NCBI GenBank assembly: GCA_044370205.1
Contig: JBILVW010000001.1
Coordinates: 1 to 47,521 of the forward strand
Origin: Pirellulales bacterium
Lineage (GTDB): Bacteria; Planctomycetota; Planctomycetia; Pirellulales; UBA1268
Length of the DNA stretch: 47,521 nt
Direction of reading: 5' to 3'
Below are positions 19,487 through 28,896 of this stretch, in pieces (the stretch's first letter is position 1; every line of letters starts with the position of its first letter). Both the position numbers and the translations under genes were made by a program. The notes under the pieces are model-generated. The model saw only the letters and a program-made list of their open reading frames with translations, did not search any database and was not told the DNA's origin.

Positions 19487-20107
19487 GTGTCGTACATCGG
19501 AGGGCGATCCAGCGTGGAAGGTGTGGCCGGTGACGGCGGGCTGGCCCGACTCAGCGACGAGGAGCTGGCCGCGCAGGCGGCGCGTGAGGGCTCCGACGGT
19601 GTCGCCTTCACCTCGCTCATGGAGCGGTTTCGCGATCGCGTGTGGCGGGTCTGCTGGCGGCTGATGGGCAGCCGGCACGACGCGGAGGATGCCGCTCAGG
19701 AAGTGTTCGTGCGGCTGTTCTTCGAGCGGGCCAAGTTCGCGGGCCGCAGCCGCTATTCCACCTGGCTGCATGGCGTGGCGATTCGCACCTGCCTCACGCT
19801 GCGGCGGTCGCGGTCGCGGCGGCGGCGGCGGGAGGTGCCGGGCTCCGCGTCGGGCGAGGACGGACACGATCAGATCACCGCGCGGGCGGACGAGCGGCCG
19901 GTGCAGGCCGACGCCGTGGATGCGGCCGACGCCGCGGCGAAACTGCTCGACGGGCTCGACGAGGAGGACCGAGCCCTCGTGCTGATGAAGTTCGCCGAGA
20001 ACCACGACTACGAGGCCCTCGCGGAGATGTTCGACTCCACCCCGGGGGCCCTGCGGATGCGGATCAGCCGCATCCGGGAAAAGCTGGCCGGGAAGTCGAC
20101 GGGGTAG
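19487..20107 (+). CDS. ECF-type RNA polymerase sigma factor
   Basis: 206 aa. Region 2 (DAEDAAQEVFVRLF...STWLHGVAIRTC) and region 4 (LMKFAENHDYEALAEMFDSTPGALRMRISRIREKL). Start uncertain. Confidence 0.85.
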   Translation: MSYIGGRSSVEGVAGDGGLARLSDEELAAQAAREGSDGVAFTSLMERFRDRVWRVCWRLMGSRHDAEDAAQEVFVRLFFERAKFAGRSRYSTWLHGVAIRTCLTLRRSRSRRRRREVPGSASGEDGHDQITARADERPVQADAVDAADAAAKLLDGLDEEDRALVLMKFAENHDYEALAEMFDSTPGALRMRISRIREKLAGKSTG

Positions 20108-20127
20108 CACGCCGTGGCGGCCCGGAC

Positions 20128-20295
20128 CATCCCCCGGCTTGCGGTCGGGCTCGCGCCCGACATCCCCCGGCTTGCGGTCGGGCTCGCGCCCGACATCCCC
20201 CGGCTTGCGCCTGGGGGCTTCCTTTCGTCTTTCCAATACAAGCCCCCAGGCGGAAGCCTTTCCAATACAAGCCCCCAGGCGGAAGCCGGGGGATC
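20128..20295. repeat. Family-1 hairpin cluster immediately downstream of the ECF sigma stop
   Basis: Two perfect 33-nt units catcccccggcttgcggtcgggctcgcgcccga (20128-20160, 20161-20193). One inverted canonical unit (20194-20222). Two forward units tttccaatacaagcccccaggcggaagcc (20230-20295). Confidence 0.88.
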
Positions 20296-20310
20296 AGTGC
20301 GGCACAGCCT

Positions 20311-20328
20311 TCAAAAAAATTTTTGTGA
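20311..20328. promoter_or_regulatory. 18-bp A/T palindrome TCAAAAAAATTTTTGTGA (UP-element-like or protein-binding site)
   Basis: The most conspicuous A/T run I noticed in the window. Its right end forms TTGTGA, a -35-like hexamer. I found no convincing -10. Confidence 0.3.
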
Positions 20329-20417
20329 CACGCCGCCCGGGGGCGGCTACTCACCTGGTGTCGACCGGAGTGCGGCCGCGTGGCCGCCCGGGCGAGGCAG
20401 TGGTGAAAAAGCACGGG

Positions 20418-20666
20418 ATGGACCTGCTCGAACACCTGGCCGACGTGGACGTGCCGCCGACCCCGGCGGCCCGGGTCATCAACGACGGCGTGCGGCGGAA
20501 GCTGCACCCGCGGCTGCTGGCCGTGCACGTGGCCGAGTTCGCGCTGGGGGCCACCGTGTGGGCGGCAAGGCACATGCTCGTGGCGTTGTTTGCGGCGATC
20601 GTGTTTTCGATGACCGGTGCGTGGCCACGAGGGCCGCGCGTCAAAGGAGGAGAAGGCAATGGCTGA
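20418..20666 (+). CDS. hypothetical small membrane protein
   Basis: 82-aa ORF (MDLLEHLADVDVPP...) with a hydrophobic segment LLAVHVAEFALGATVWAARHMLVALFAAIVFSM. Overlaps the next gene start by 8 nt. No homology recognised. Confidence 0.3.
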   Translation: MDLLEHLADVDVPPTPAARVINDGVRRKLHPRLLAVHVAEFALGATVWAARHMLVALFAAIVFSMTGAWPRGPRVKGGEGNG

Positions 20667-21534
20667 TTTCGTGGTGCTCGGTCAGACGGCGGCCGAGACG
20701 GCTCGGGAAACGGTGAACGCCTCGAAGCAGGCGCTCGTCGACAGCTTCACCCAGGCATGGAGCCAGGTGATCCTGCTCGCCCCGAAGATGGTGGCGATGG
20801 TGGCGGTGCTCGTGATCGGCTACGTGCTCGCCCGCTGGGTGGGCGGCCTGATCGCGGTGGTGAGCGAGAAGATCGGCCTGCAGACGGCCGCCGAGCGGAG
20901 CGGTCTCGCCAAGAGCATGCACGACGTGGGCATCCGGCGGCCGGTGCCGGCGATCGTGGGCGGCATCGTGTTCTGGCTCTTGATGAGCGTGTTCGTGATG
21001 GCGGCGTTCAACATCCTCGGCCTCGAGACCGTGTCGAACGCGATGGGCGAGGTGGTGAACTACATTCCGCGGTTGCTCGTGGCGACCGTGGTCGTGGTGG
21101 TGGGCCTGCTGGCGGCGACCTTCCTCCGCGGCGTGGTGGCGACCAGCGCCGACCGCGTGGGGCTGTCGTATGCCGAGTATCTGGCCGGCGGCTGCTACTG
21201 GGTGCTCTCGCTGCTGACCTTCATCGCGGCCTTCAACCAGCTCGGCATCCAGTTCGCGCTGCTCGAGAAGCTGATCCTCATCGGATCGGCAGGGCTGTCG
21301 GCCGGCTTCGCCCTGGCCTTCGGCCTCGGCGGCCGCGACGTGATGAGCGGCATCCTGTCGGGCTACTACGTCCGCCAGCGTCTCCAGGCGGGAGACACGG
21401 TGAGCGTGGCCGGCCTCGAGGGCACGGTTCGCGAGGTGGGTCCGGTGGCGACGGTCATCGAGACCCACGACAACGGCCTCGTGTCGCGGCACTCGGTACC
21501 GAACGCGAAGATGCTGCAGGAGGCGGTGCGGTAG
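20659..21534 (+). CDS. multi-TM membrane protein, mechanosensitive-channel-like (conserved TM-helix repeats plus MscS-type beta-domain segment)
   Basis: 291 aa from the ATG at 20659, preceded by AAAGGAGGAGAAGG. Repeated TM helices. C-terminal GDTVSVAGLEGTVREVGPVATVIETHDNG resembles the MscS beta-domain. Confidence 0.7.
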   Translation: MADFVVLGQTAAETARETVNASKQALVDSFTQAWSQVILLAPKMVAMVAVLVIGYVLARWVGGLIAVVSEKIGLQTAAERSGLAKSMHDVGIRRPVPAIVGGIVFWLLMSVFVMAAFNILGLETVSNAMGEVVNYIPRLLVATVVVVVGLLAATFLRGVVATSADRVGLSYAEYLAGGCYWVLSLLTFIAAFNQLGIQFALLEKLILIGSAGLSAGFALAFGLGGRDVMSGILSGYYVRQRLQAGDTVSVAGLEGTVREVGPVATVIETHDNGLVSRHSVPNAKMLQEAVR

Positions 21535-21547
21535 CCGATTGAAGACC

Positions 21548-21577
21548 GATCCCCGGGCTCCCGTCCGGGGCTTGTTG
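21548..21577. repeat. single family-1-like hairpin unit (inverted orientation)
   Basis: gatCCCCGGgctcccgtCCGGGGcttgttgg has the same GATCCCC...GGGGCTTGT flanks as the other units. Confidence 0.6.
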
Positions 21578-21594
21578 GCGAAGTGATCACGAGC

Positions 21595-21636
21595 GGGCCC
21601 GCGGCGCAGGAAGCGCCGCGGGCCTGCGGCTTTTTT
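21595..21636. terminator. intrinsic terminator between convergent genes (T-tract follows the stem on the + strand only)
   Basis: GGGCCCGCGGCGC-aggaa-GCGCCGCGGGCC followed by tgcggcTTTTTT. Lies between the stops at 21534 (+) and 21639 (-). Confidence 0.65.
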
Positions 21637-21638
21637 GA

Positions 21639-22880
21639 CTACTGCCTGACGAGGATGCGGGAGCCGGGGCCGAGGATGTCGATGAGTTCGGCCAGGTCGC
21701 GCGGCGAGACGACGAGGCTCGACGACGGCGCAACGTCGGCCACGGCGCCGGGATCGTCCACGGCCTCGATCGTCATGCCGTCGCCGAGGGCGATCGCCAG
21801 CTTGGCTGATGCCGCCGGGCCCCCCGGGAGGGCATTGGGGTCGATGCCGTTGACCGCGACCACCGGGATCGAGCTGCCCACCCGCTCGAGATACTGCCGG
21901 CCGACGACCACGGGAAAGCTGCCGGCGTAGTTGCCCTGCAGCTGCATGCTGATCCGGCGGCGTGACACGCTCACCACGGCATCGAAGGGGCCCCGCACGA
22001 GCTTGAGCCGTTCGCCGGGGATCAACCGGCTGGGATCATCGACGCCGTTGATCTTGGCCAGCAGCTGCCAGGAGACACCGAGCGGTGTGGCGATCGTCTG
22101 CAGCGTCTCGCCCGGTGCAACCACATGCGGCGGCAGCAGCAGGTCTTCCTGGGAGTAGATGACCGTGCCGGCGAGCTGGCCGAGCAGGTCTTCGAGCCGC
22201 TGGCTCTCCTCGAGCCCCAGCGACGGATCGTCGTACCACACCGACAGGCCGGAGAGCGCCTCGGCATAGCGGCCGGCGGCGAGCTTGTCGTGGGCGTCGG
22301 CCCAGGCCGAGGCGAATGCGGCCGACGACGGCGTGGTTGACGGTGCGGCGGGCGGCACGATGGCGGCGGCCGCGCTAGCCGGCACCGAAGCGGGCATCGT
22401 GGCCGGCAGCTGCGGCACCGGCAGCGAGGCGAGTCGGTCAGGCCGTGCATTCGGATCGGGGAGCGTTGCGGCCACCGGCTCGGCGACCGGCGGCGGCGCC
22501 GATTCGGCCGCCAGGTAGGTCGGCTGCTGGGCGGGCGGCGTTGGCGTTGCGGCCGGCGTCGCTGGGGCGGCATCCACGGGCGCGATCGCCGGCGGTGCAG
22601 GCGGCGGCGTGACCGCGGCCGCGGCGGGGTGAGCCGGGAGTGCCGGCAGGTTCGCGTCGCCCGGGGCCGGCAGCTGCACGGCTGGTGGCGCGAATGCAGG
22701 TGCGTCAGCGGCGATGCTGGCGGCCGCAGGCGACTCGCTGCCACCCGGCCCCTTTTGCACGACCGAGTAGGCACCGTAGAGGATCGTGCCGAAAAGTCCG
22801 AGCACGAGGAGCGGCTTGAGGGCTTCCATGGAGTCGGACTCCCGACCGCGGCGGTTCCGGCTGTTCGACTGGCGGGACAT
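21639..22880 (-). CDS. LysM domain protein with N-terminal TM anchor and Pro/Ala-rich region
   Basis: 413 aa from the ATG at 22880 (alternative 22829). TM helix LLVLGLFGTILYGAYSVV and a long PA-rich tract. LysM motif HVVAPGETLQTIATPLGVSWQLLAKINGVDDPSRLIPGERLKL. Confidence 0.75.
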   Translation of the reverse strand: MSRQSNSRNRRGRESDSMEALKPLLVLGLFGTILYGAYSVVQKGPGGSESPAAASIAADAPAFAPPAVQLPAPGDANLPALPAHPAAAAVTPPPAPPAIAPVDAAPATPAATPTPPAQQPTYLAAESAPPPVAEPVAATLPDPNARPDRLASLPVPQLPATMPASVPASAAAAIVPPAAPSTTPSSAAFASAWADAHDKLAAGRYAEALSGLSVWYDDPSLGLEESQRLEDLLGQLAGTVIYSQEDLLLPPHVVAPGETLQTIATPLGVSWQLLAKINGVDDPSRLIPGERLKLVRGPFDAVVSVSRRRISMQLQGNYAGSFPVVVGRQYLERVGSSIPVVAVNGIDPNALPGGPAASAKLAIALGDGMTIEAVDDPGAVADVAPSSSLVVSPRDLAELIDILGPGSRILVRQ

Positions 22881-23170
22881 GCAGCGCCTCGTGGGCGGAA
22901 GGGACGGATGCAAACGGCCCGCCGGAGGGCCGACGGGCGGGGGATCGTACGGAACGGTCTGCAGCCGCCGCCAGACCGGCTTTTCCCGATTCCCGGCCTT
23001 CCGCCCGGGGCTTCTCCGAGGGTGGCTCGAGCGGACTCCGGGGCCGCAGACTGGGGTTTCCATCGCGGTCGATCCGGTGCAGGATACTGTTGGCGGTCTG
23101 AGAATCTCCCCCGGCCGGCATCACGTTGGTGCCCAAGGGATTCGAGATTCGATGTCGCAAAACCGCTCGC

Positions 23171-24577
23171 ATGCCAGCCCGCAACCTCTTCGTCTTGATC
23201 GGCTGCCTGCTCGCCGGCGTCGCCGCGTGGCTCGCCCGGTCGCGGGATCTGCCCGGCGACCGGTTCAACGAGGCGGTCTCGATCATCACCAGCTCGGCCC
23301 TGGAGCCGGTGTCGGCCCGCCAACTCTTCGAGTCTGCGATCGACGGTGCGATTTCCGAACTCGACGAGCATTCCGCCTACATCCGTCAGGACGAGCAAGA
23401 GGGCTTCGAGGCGCTCATCGATCAGCAGTTCGGGGGCGTCGGCCTGGAGCTTGCCCACGACGAGACGACCGGTGATCTCTGCGTCGTGTCGCCGGTGCCG
23501 TCGGGGCCGGCATGGCAGGCAGGCGTCGTCGCGGGCGACCGCATCCTGGCAATCGACGGCCTGCCGACCCGCGGCCTCGCGTTGGGCGACGTCGTCACCC
23601 GGCTGCGGGGCCAGATCGGCACGCCCGTCCTGCTTCGCGTGGCGGCGGCCCGGCCGACCCCTGTTCCGACAACTGTTCCGACCTTCGGTCAGGATCCATC
23701 CGATGCAGGACGCGACGTGCGGCTCACGCGGGCGCTGGTGACGACCGAGACCGTGCTCGGCGATCGACGGGGCACCGACGGCGCGTGGAGCTTCCGCCTG
23801 GCAGACGCGGCCGACATCGCGCTCGTACGGATCAACGGCTTCGGCGAGCGGACGGTCGAGGAATTCGACGCGGCGCTCGCCGCGATCGCGAGCCCGCCGC
23901 CACGGGGCATCGTGCTCGATCTGCGTGGCAATCCGGGCGGGCTCGTTTCGGCGGCCGTCGGCGTCTGCGATCGCCTGCTCGAGAGCGGGGTCATCGTGTC
24001 CACCCGAGGCCGGGCTGGCGCGGCCGGTGATCCGCCGCTCGAGGTGCGGGAGGCGACGGCCGGCGCCGCATTCCCCGACGTGCCGGTGGCCGTGATCATC
24101 GACGGCCTCACCGCCAGCGCGGCGGAAATCGTGGCCGCCTGTCTTCAGGATCACGGCAGGGCCACGGTCGTGGGCAGCCGCACCTTCGGGAAGGGCACGG
24201 TGCAGTCGCTGGTGCCGCTCGGCGGCGGCGACGGGCTGCTCAAACTGACGACCTCGGAATACCTGCGGCCCCGCGGCGCCGGCCTCAATCGCCGCATGAG
24301 CGACGACGACGACGCCGCATGGGGTGTCGCCCCGGATCGCGGCTACGAAATCTCGCCCACGGCGGCGAGCCTCGAACGCCTCCGCCGCTGGCGGCGGCAA
24401 CGTGATGCGGTCGCGGCGCTGGGCCGCGACACCGGCAACGAATCCAGCCGGAGCGTCGACGAGGCGTTGAGCCTGGCGATCGATGCGGTCCACCGCGGGT
24501 CAGCCGCCCGGTCGGAGCTCGGTCGCCAGAAAGAAGCTGCCCGCGATGCAGACGATGCCCTTTCGGCCGGCGAGTGA
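23171..24577 (+). CDS. S41 family C-terminal processing peptidase with PDZ domain
   Basis: 468 aa from the ATG at 23171. PDZ segment (GGVGLEL...SPVPSGPAWQAGVVAGDRILAIDG). Catalytic region LDLRGNPGG...DGLTASAAEIVA...GSRTFGKG. Confidence 0.88.
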   Translation: MPARNLFVLIGCLLAGVAAWLARSRDLPGDRFNEAVSIITSSALEPVSARQLFESAIDGAISELDEHSAYIRQDEQEGFEALIDQQFGGVGLELAHDETTGDLCVVSPVPSGPAWQAGVVAGDRILAIDGLPTRGLALGDVVTRLRGQIGTPVLLRVAAARPTPVPTTVPTFGQDPSDAGRDVRLTRALVTTETVLGDRRGTDGAWSFRLADAADIALVRINGFGERTVEEFDAALAAIASPPPRGIVLDLRGNPGGLVSAAVGVCDRLLESGVIVSTRGRAGAAGDPPLEVREATAGAAFPDVPVAVIIDGLTASAAEIVAACLQDHGRATVVGSRTFGKGTVQSLVPLGGGDGLLKLTTSEYLRPRGAGLNRRMSDDDDAAWGVAPDRGYEISPTAASLERLRRWRRQRDAVAALGRDTGNESSRSVDEALSLAIDAVHRGSAARSELGRQKEAARDADDALSAGE

Positions 24578-25894
24578 CTTCGCCTGCCGCAGGGCTTCCT
24601 GCGGCGCGGCCGCGGTCCGTGGCTCCGGCAGACCGGCCGCACGGCTCGCGGCCACGAGCCGCTCGAGGCTTGCGCCCCGCTGGTTCGTGGCGTAGCGGGT
24701 GAGCACGACGTGGTCGAACCGGCCGCGGGCGAGGGCGAGCATCTGCTCGATCTGCTTGTCGTTGCTGGCCGCGAACACGAGCACCCGCGGAGCCTTCTCG
24801 GCCAGCACCGGAGCGAGCGTGTCGAGCAGCGACTGCATCGAGGCGACGTTGTGGGCCGCATCGATCACGACGAGTGGACTGGTCGCCAGCCGCTCGATGC
24901 GGGCCGGCAGCCGGGCCTGGGCGAGGCCGCGGGCGATCGCAGCCTCGGTGACCCGGTATCCCAGCGTGTCGAGCCGCCGTGCCGCCATCACCGCGACCGC
25001 CGCGTTCTCGCCCTGATGCCGCCCCGGCATCGCATGGCGATACCGCCGTGGCTGGTCAGGCTCCGCGGTCGTCGTCAGTTCCATCAAGCCTCCCGAGAGC
25101 GAGTCGGCAGTGGACGCCGGGGGCACCGTGACCTGAAAATCGCGTTCGAGTTGAAGCAGCGGTGCGCGGCGGCGACGGGCCGTGGCGGCGATCACGCGGC
25201 GGGCGGATGGATGCAGCGCCCCGGAGATCACGGGCCGGCCACGCTTGATGATGCCGGCCTTCTCGGTCGCGATCCGGCCGATCGTGGGGCCGAGGATCGC
25301 CATGTGGTCGAGGCTGATGCTCGTGATTACGGAGAGGATCGTGCCGGCCACGTTCGTCGCATCGAGCCGACCGCCGAGCCCCGTCTCGAGCACGGCGATG
25401 TCGACTCCCACGCGGGCGAAATGGACGAAGGCCGCAGCCGTCACCGACTCGAACCAGGTGGGGCCGCGTGCCCCGCGCCGCGCGGCAGCGAGGTCGAGCC
25501 GTTCAACCGCCGGGATCACGGCGGCAAAGGCGGCCACGAGCTCGGCCGCCGAGATCGGCCGGCCGTTCACGCAGATGCGTTCCTCGAGGGTGTGCACGTG
25601 GGGCGACATGTAGCGGCCCACGCGGTGCCCCGACTCGGTAAGGATGTCGGCGAGCATCGCGACGGTCGAGCCCTTCCCCTTCGTGCCGGCCACGTGCACG
25701 ACCGGGAACCGCCGCTGCGGCATGTCGAGGGCGGCGAGGAGCCGGCGGATGCGGGCGAGGCCGAACACGCTCTTCGCCCCGCGGGCCTGCGGCGCCCGCT
25801 CGAAGTCGATCCGCCGGTCGAGCCAGGCCAGCACGTCGGCCCGCGTCGCCGGCGTGGACGACCCGCTCGCACGTATTCTTCGAGGTTTCCGCAT
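24500..25894 (-). CDS. folC: bifunctional folylpolyglutamate synthase / dihydrofolate synthase
   Basis: 464 aa. Mur-ligase P-loop HVAGTKGKGST and FolC-like middle and C-terminal domains. Confidence 0.9.
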   Translation of the reverse strand: MRKPRRIRASGSSTPATRADVLAWLDRRIDFERAPQARGAKSVFGLARIRRLLAALDMPQRRFPVVHVAGTKGKGSTVAMLADILTESGHRVGRYMSPHVHTLEERICVNGRPISAAELVAAFAAVIPAVERLDLAAARRGARGPTWFESVTAAAFVHFARVGVDIAVLETGLGGRLDATNVAGTILSVITSISLDHMAILGPTIGRIATEKAGIIKRGRPVISGALHPSARRVIAATARRRRAPLLQLERDFQVTVPPASTADSLSGGLMELTTTAEPDQPRRYRHAMPGRHQGENAAVAVMAARRLDTLGYRVTEAAIARGLAQARLPARIERLATSPLVVIDAAHNVASMQSLLDTLAPVLAEKAPRVLVFAASNDKQIEQMLALARGRFDHVVLTRYATNQRGASLERLVAASRAAGLPEPRTAAAPQEALRQAKSLAGRKGIVCIAGSFFLATELRPGG

Positions 25895-26206
25895 GTCTCG
25901 CAGCTTGCCAGGTTCCGTGCCGCGGCCCGAGCCGGCCGCAGGTCGATCAGTCTATCCCCGAGTCGCCCGGGAAGCGGGCTTGACGGTGGCGGGCGGTTTC
26001 CCGAACGTCCCGAACAATGCATTCAAACACCACCAGCAGTACGCGGAGCCGGCCAGGGGCCGCACGCAGCCGCCGGTGAATTTTGACTGCCAGAGTTGAC
26101 GCACCATTTCCATCGAGCATGAGTCGTCAAAATCCGCCGGCGGCGAGCACGTGCCCCTGGACGGCGGTGTGAGCGAGTTGACCCGCAAGCTGAAAGCTTC
26201 AAATCG

Positions 26207-27412
26207 TTGAATAACGACCGGCACACGTCAGCCGCAGATCGTGCACACCGCACAACGAGAAACTCCCCTGCGAGAGTCCTCCGCGGCATCTGCTGCGCGC
26301 TGGTCGTGTGCGTCACCGCGGCGACCACCAGGGCCCAGCAAACGACCGACCCGCTGCCGTCCGTGGGCGAGCCGCCGCCGATGTATGTCGCGGAGCCGTT
26401 CGCCGGCCCAGGCCTCGCTGGGATGCCCGGCAGCGTGGTGCCGGAAATGCTGCCCGATTGGCCGCGGTGGTTCGCAGGGGCGAGCGGCCTCGTGATGACC
26501 CGCACGCTGCCGTCCGGCGCCGCCACGATGCAGCCGCTCGACGGCCGGCAACTGTTCACGAGCGACGCATCGGCCAACTGGCCGGGGGGCGTCGATCTGC
26601 ATCTCGGCCGCTGGTTCGGACCGCGGCAGCACCATGCCGTCGAGCTGATCTACTGGGGCGTCTACAACATGGGCTCGTCGGCATCGCTCCTGGCCGACCC
26701 GGCCGGGATCACGGCGATTCCGCAGGCTCCGGGCGTGACGGTGAGCGGCACCGCGGCGAGCAGCTGGCTGACGAATGCCTCGGGCCAATGGATCAGCCGG
26801 TCCGACGTGGTGAACGACATCGAGATCAACTGGGTCTACGCTCTTTGGGACCGCCCGGAGTTTCTGCCTCGCGATCGCGCGGTGAGCCTGCAGTGGCTGG
26901 CCGGCTTCCGGTTCTTCCAAGTCGGCGACACGCTCACGCTGGCGACGGCATCGGCCACACCCGGCCTCGACAGCCTGTCGCTCGGCGTGGCGACGAACAA
27001 CAACCTCTATGGCGGGCAGGTGGGGGCCAAGTTCGACTGGATGTTCATGCCCCGGGTCCGTTTCACCGTCGTGCCGAAGTTCATGATCGGCGGCAATGCG
27101 ATCACCAACACCACGTCGCTGGTCGGGCCGGGCGACGTCGATGCCGAGTTCACGGGGGGCGATCCCGTGAACGTGCGCTCCAGGCTCGGCGTCTTCTCCT
27201 GGCTCGGCTCGGTGGATACCGGCGTGGCCTGGGACATCAGCGACCGCTGGAGCCTGTCGATCGGCTACCGTGTGGTGGGCGTGGGCAACATCGCCCAGGC
27301 CGACGGCCAGTGGCCGGTCACGCTCGACTCGCCGGATTCGCTCACCGGTATCGACGCCGGCTCGAGCACGATCGTCCACGGTGGCTTCGCCGGCTTCGAG
27401 AGCCGATACTGA
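26207..27412 (+). CDS. putative outer-membrane beta-barrel protein (BBP7-like)
   Basis: 401 aa with a TTG start in the ORF track. Signal-like segment ICCALVVCVTAATTRAQQ, alternating beta-strand pattern and a C-terminal aromatic residue (...GFAGFESRY). The BBP7 assignment is from recall. Confidence 0.7.
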   Translation: MNNDRHTSAADRAHRTTRNSPARVLRGICCALVVCVTAATTRAQQTTDPLPSVGEPPPMYVAEPFAGPGLAGMPGSVVPEMLPDWPRWFAGASGLVMTRTLPSGAATMQPLDGRQLFTSDASANWPGGVDLHLGRWFGPRQHHAVELIYWGVYNMGSSASLLADPAGITAIPQAPGVTVSGTAASSWLTNASGQWISRSDVVNDIEINWVYALWDRPEFLPRDRAVSLQWLAGFRFFQVGDTLTLATASATPGLDSLSLGVATNNNLYGGQVGAKFDWMFMPRVRFTVVPKFMIGGNAITNTTSLVGPGDVDAEFTGGDPVNVRSRLGVFSWLGSVDTGVAWDISDRWSLSIGYRVVGVGNIAQADGQWPVTLDSPDSLTGIDAGSSTIVHGGFAGFESRY

Positions 27413-27520
27413 CTTCACGCAAAGCCTCGGCATCGTGCCTCGCTTTGCTTGGCCGGCCTCCGCCGGCTCTCGAGGGTCCGCCTTCCGGGCGGCCGGTCTT
27501 CTTCAAAAGGAACCCCACCG

Positions 27521-27874
27521 ATGCAGCCCCAGCAAGCCTGTGACCTGACGGCGAAGAAGTGCGTGCCCTGCGAAGGGGGCGTGCCGAAGTATTCGACGGC
27601 GGAAGCCGAAGCCCAGCTCGCGATCCTTCCCGGCTGGCGGCTCACCCACGACGCCACGCGGATCCGCCGCGACTGGCGGTTCAAGAACTTCCGCGAGTGC
27701 GTGAAGTTTCTCAACAACGTCGCCGCCGTCGCGGAGCGGGAGCAGCACCACCCCGACCTCCACCTGGAGGGTTACCGCAACGCCTGGGTCGAGATCTTCA
27801 CCCACGCGATCGGCGGCCTCTCCGAGAACGATTTCATCCTCGCCGCCAAGATCGACTCTTTCGCGCCCCAGTGA
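27521..27874 (+). CDS. phhB: pterin-4-alpha-carbinolamine dehydratase
   Basis: 117 aa from the ATG at 27521. The PCD core FKNF...A..FLN.VA..AE...HHPDL...Y..V.I...TH is present. Confidence 0.9.
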   Translation: MQPQQACDLTAKKCVPCEGGVPKYSTAEAEAQLAILPGWRLTHDATRIRRDWRFKNFRECVKFLNNVAAVAEREQHHPDLHLEGYRNAWVEIFTHAIGGLSENDFILAAKIDSFAPQ

Positions 27875-27931
27875 GGGCTCCCGGACCGACGATCGTGGCA
27901 TCCTGCGACCGCAGACGCATTCCGCTGTCTG

Positions 27932-28828
27932 CTAGCGCTTCTCGACCGGCACGAGCAGCACGCTCGACGAGCCGTGGGTGAGCACGGCCTCGGAGGTGCT
28001 GCCGAGCAGCCAGCGGGAGAGCGGGTCGGTCGGGGTGCGGCCCATGATCACGAGGTCGGTGCCGTCGGCCTTGACCTGCTCGAGGATCTTCTCGCCCGGA
28101 TTGCCCTGGGCCACGATCGGCTCGTGCGTCCGGAACGGGGCCGGGAGCGTGCCCTGAAACGTTTTCAGCGTCCCACCGAGGGCGGCTACTTCGTCGTCGT
28201 GCTCATGCTGCCAGGCCGCGGCGATCGCTGCCGTGTCGGGGTCCCGCATCCGCTGCTTCACCCACGCGGGCACGGGGCCGGCGAGCATCGACTCCGTCAC
28301 GCCGATCACATGGCCGGCAGTGTCGGCCGGCCAGTGCAGCTGCTGCACCACGCCCGCGACCGCTGCGGCGCTCGCCGGGTGATGCCCCACGAGCACCCGC
28401 ATCGCCCGGCCTGGCGGCGGCGCCGCGCGGGCCACGAGCACCGGGAGGTGGGCGCCGTGTACCACGGCCCGCGACACGCTGCCGAGCAGAAAGCTCTCGA
28501 TCGCTCCGTGGCCGCGGGCGCCGACCACGAGCAGGTCGGCCTGCGATCGGGCGGCCGCATCGAGGATGCCCACGGCCGCCGTCTGCGAATCGGTGATCAG
28601 CTCCGGCTCGCTGGCAAACCCGGACGGCAGCAGCTTCCAGGCCTCCTCGCGGACCGCTGCGATCGCCCCGTCGATTACCGCATGCGACTTGCCGGGGAGC
28701 TGCCGCTCCAACTCGGCGGCCGAGAAATACACGGCGACCGTGTCGGCGGCGGGATCGACGAGCCGGCCCACGAGCCGCACCGCATCGAGCGACTTGGTCG
28801 AACCATCGACGGCGACGAGAATCTTCAT
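27932..28828 (-). CDS. universal stress protein, tandem UspA domains
   Basis: 298 aa. Two Usp repeats, each ending in a G-x2-G-x9-G(S/T)-type motif (GARGHGAIESFLLGSVS and MGRTPTDPLSRWLLGSTS). Confidence 0.8.
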   Translation of the reverse strand: MKILVAVDGSTKSLDAVRLVGRLVDPAADTVAVYFSAAELERQLPGKSHAVIDGAIAAVREEAWKLLPSGFASEPELITDSQTAAVGILDAAARSQADLLVVGARGHGAIESFLLGSVSRAVVHGAHLPVLVARAAPPPGRAMRVLVGHHPASAAAVAGVVQQLHWPADTAGHVIGVTESMLAGPVPAWVKQRMRDPDTAAIAAAWQHEHDDEVAALGGTLKTFQGTLPAPFRTHEPIVAQGNPGEKILEQVKADGTDLVIMGRTPTDPLSRWLLGSTSEAVLTHGSSSVLLVPVEKR

Positions 28829-28896
28829 GGATACGGCCTCTGGGGTGTACGAGGAGCGTTAGCGTAAAGGATTTCGGTGAATGGTGCCTCGCCGCC

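Noticed and set aside
20418-20666. Anti-sigma factor partner of the ECF sigma
   Set aside because: There is no zf-HC2 (HxxxCxxC) or other anti-sigma N-terminal signature. The ORF is separated from the sigma gene by 310 bp of repeats and is weakly supported. I kept it only as a low-confidence hypothetical ORF.
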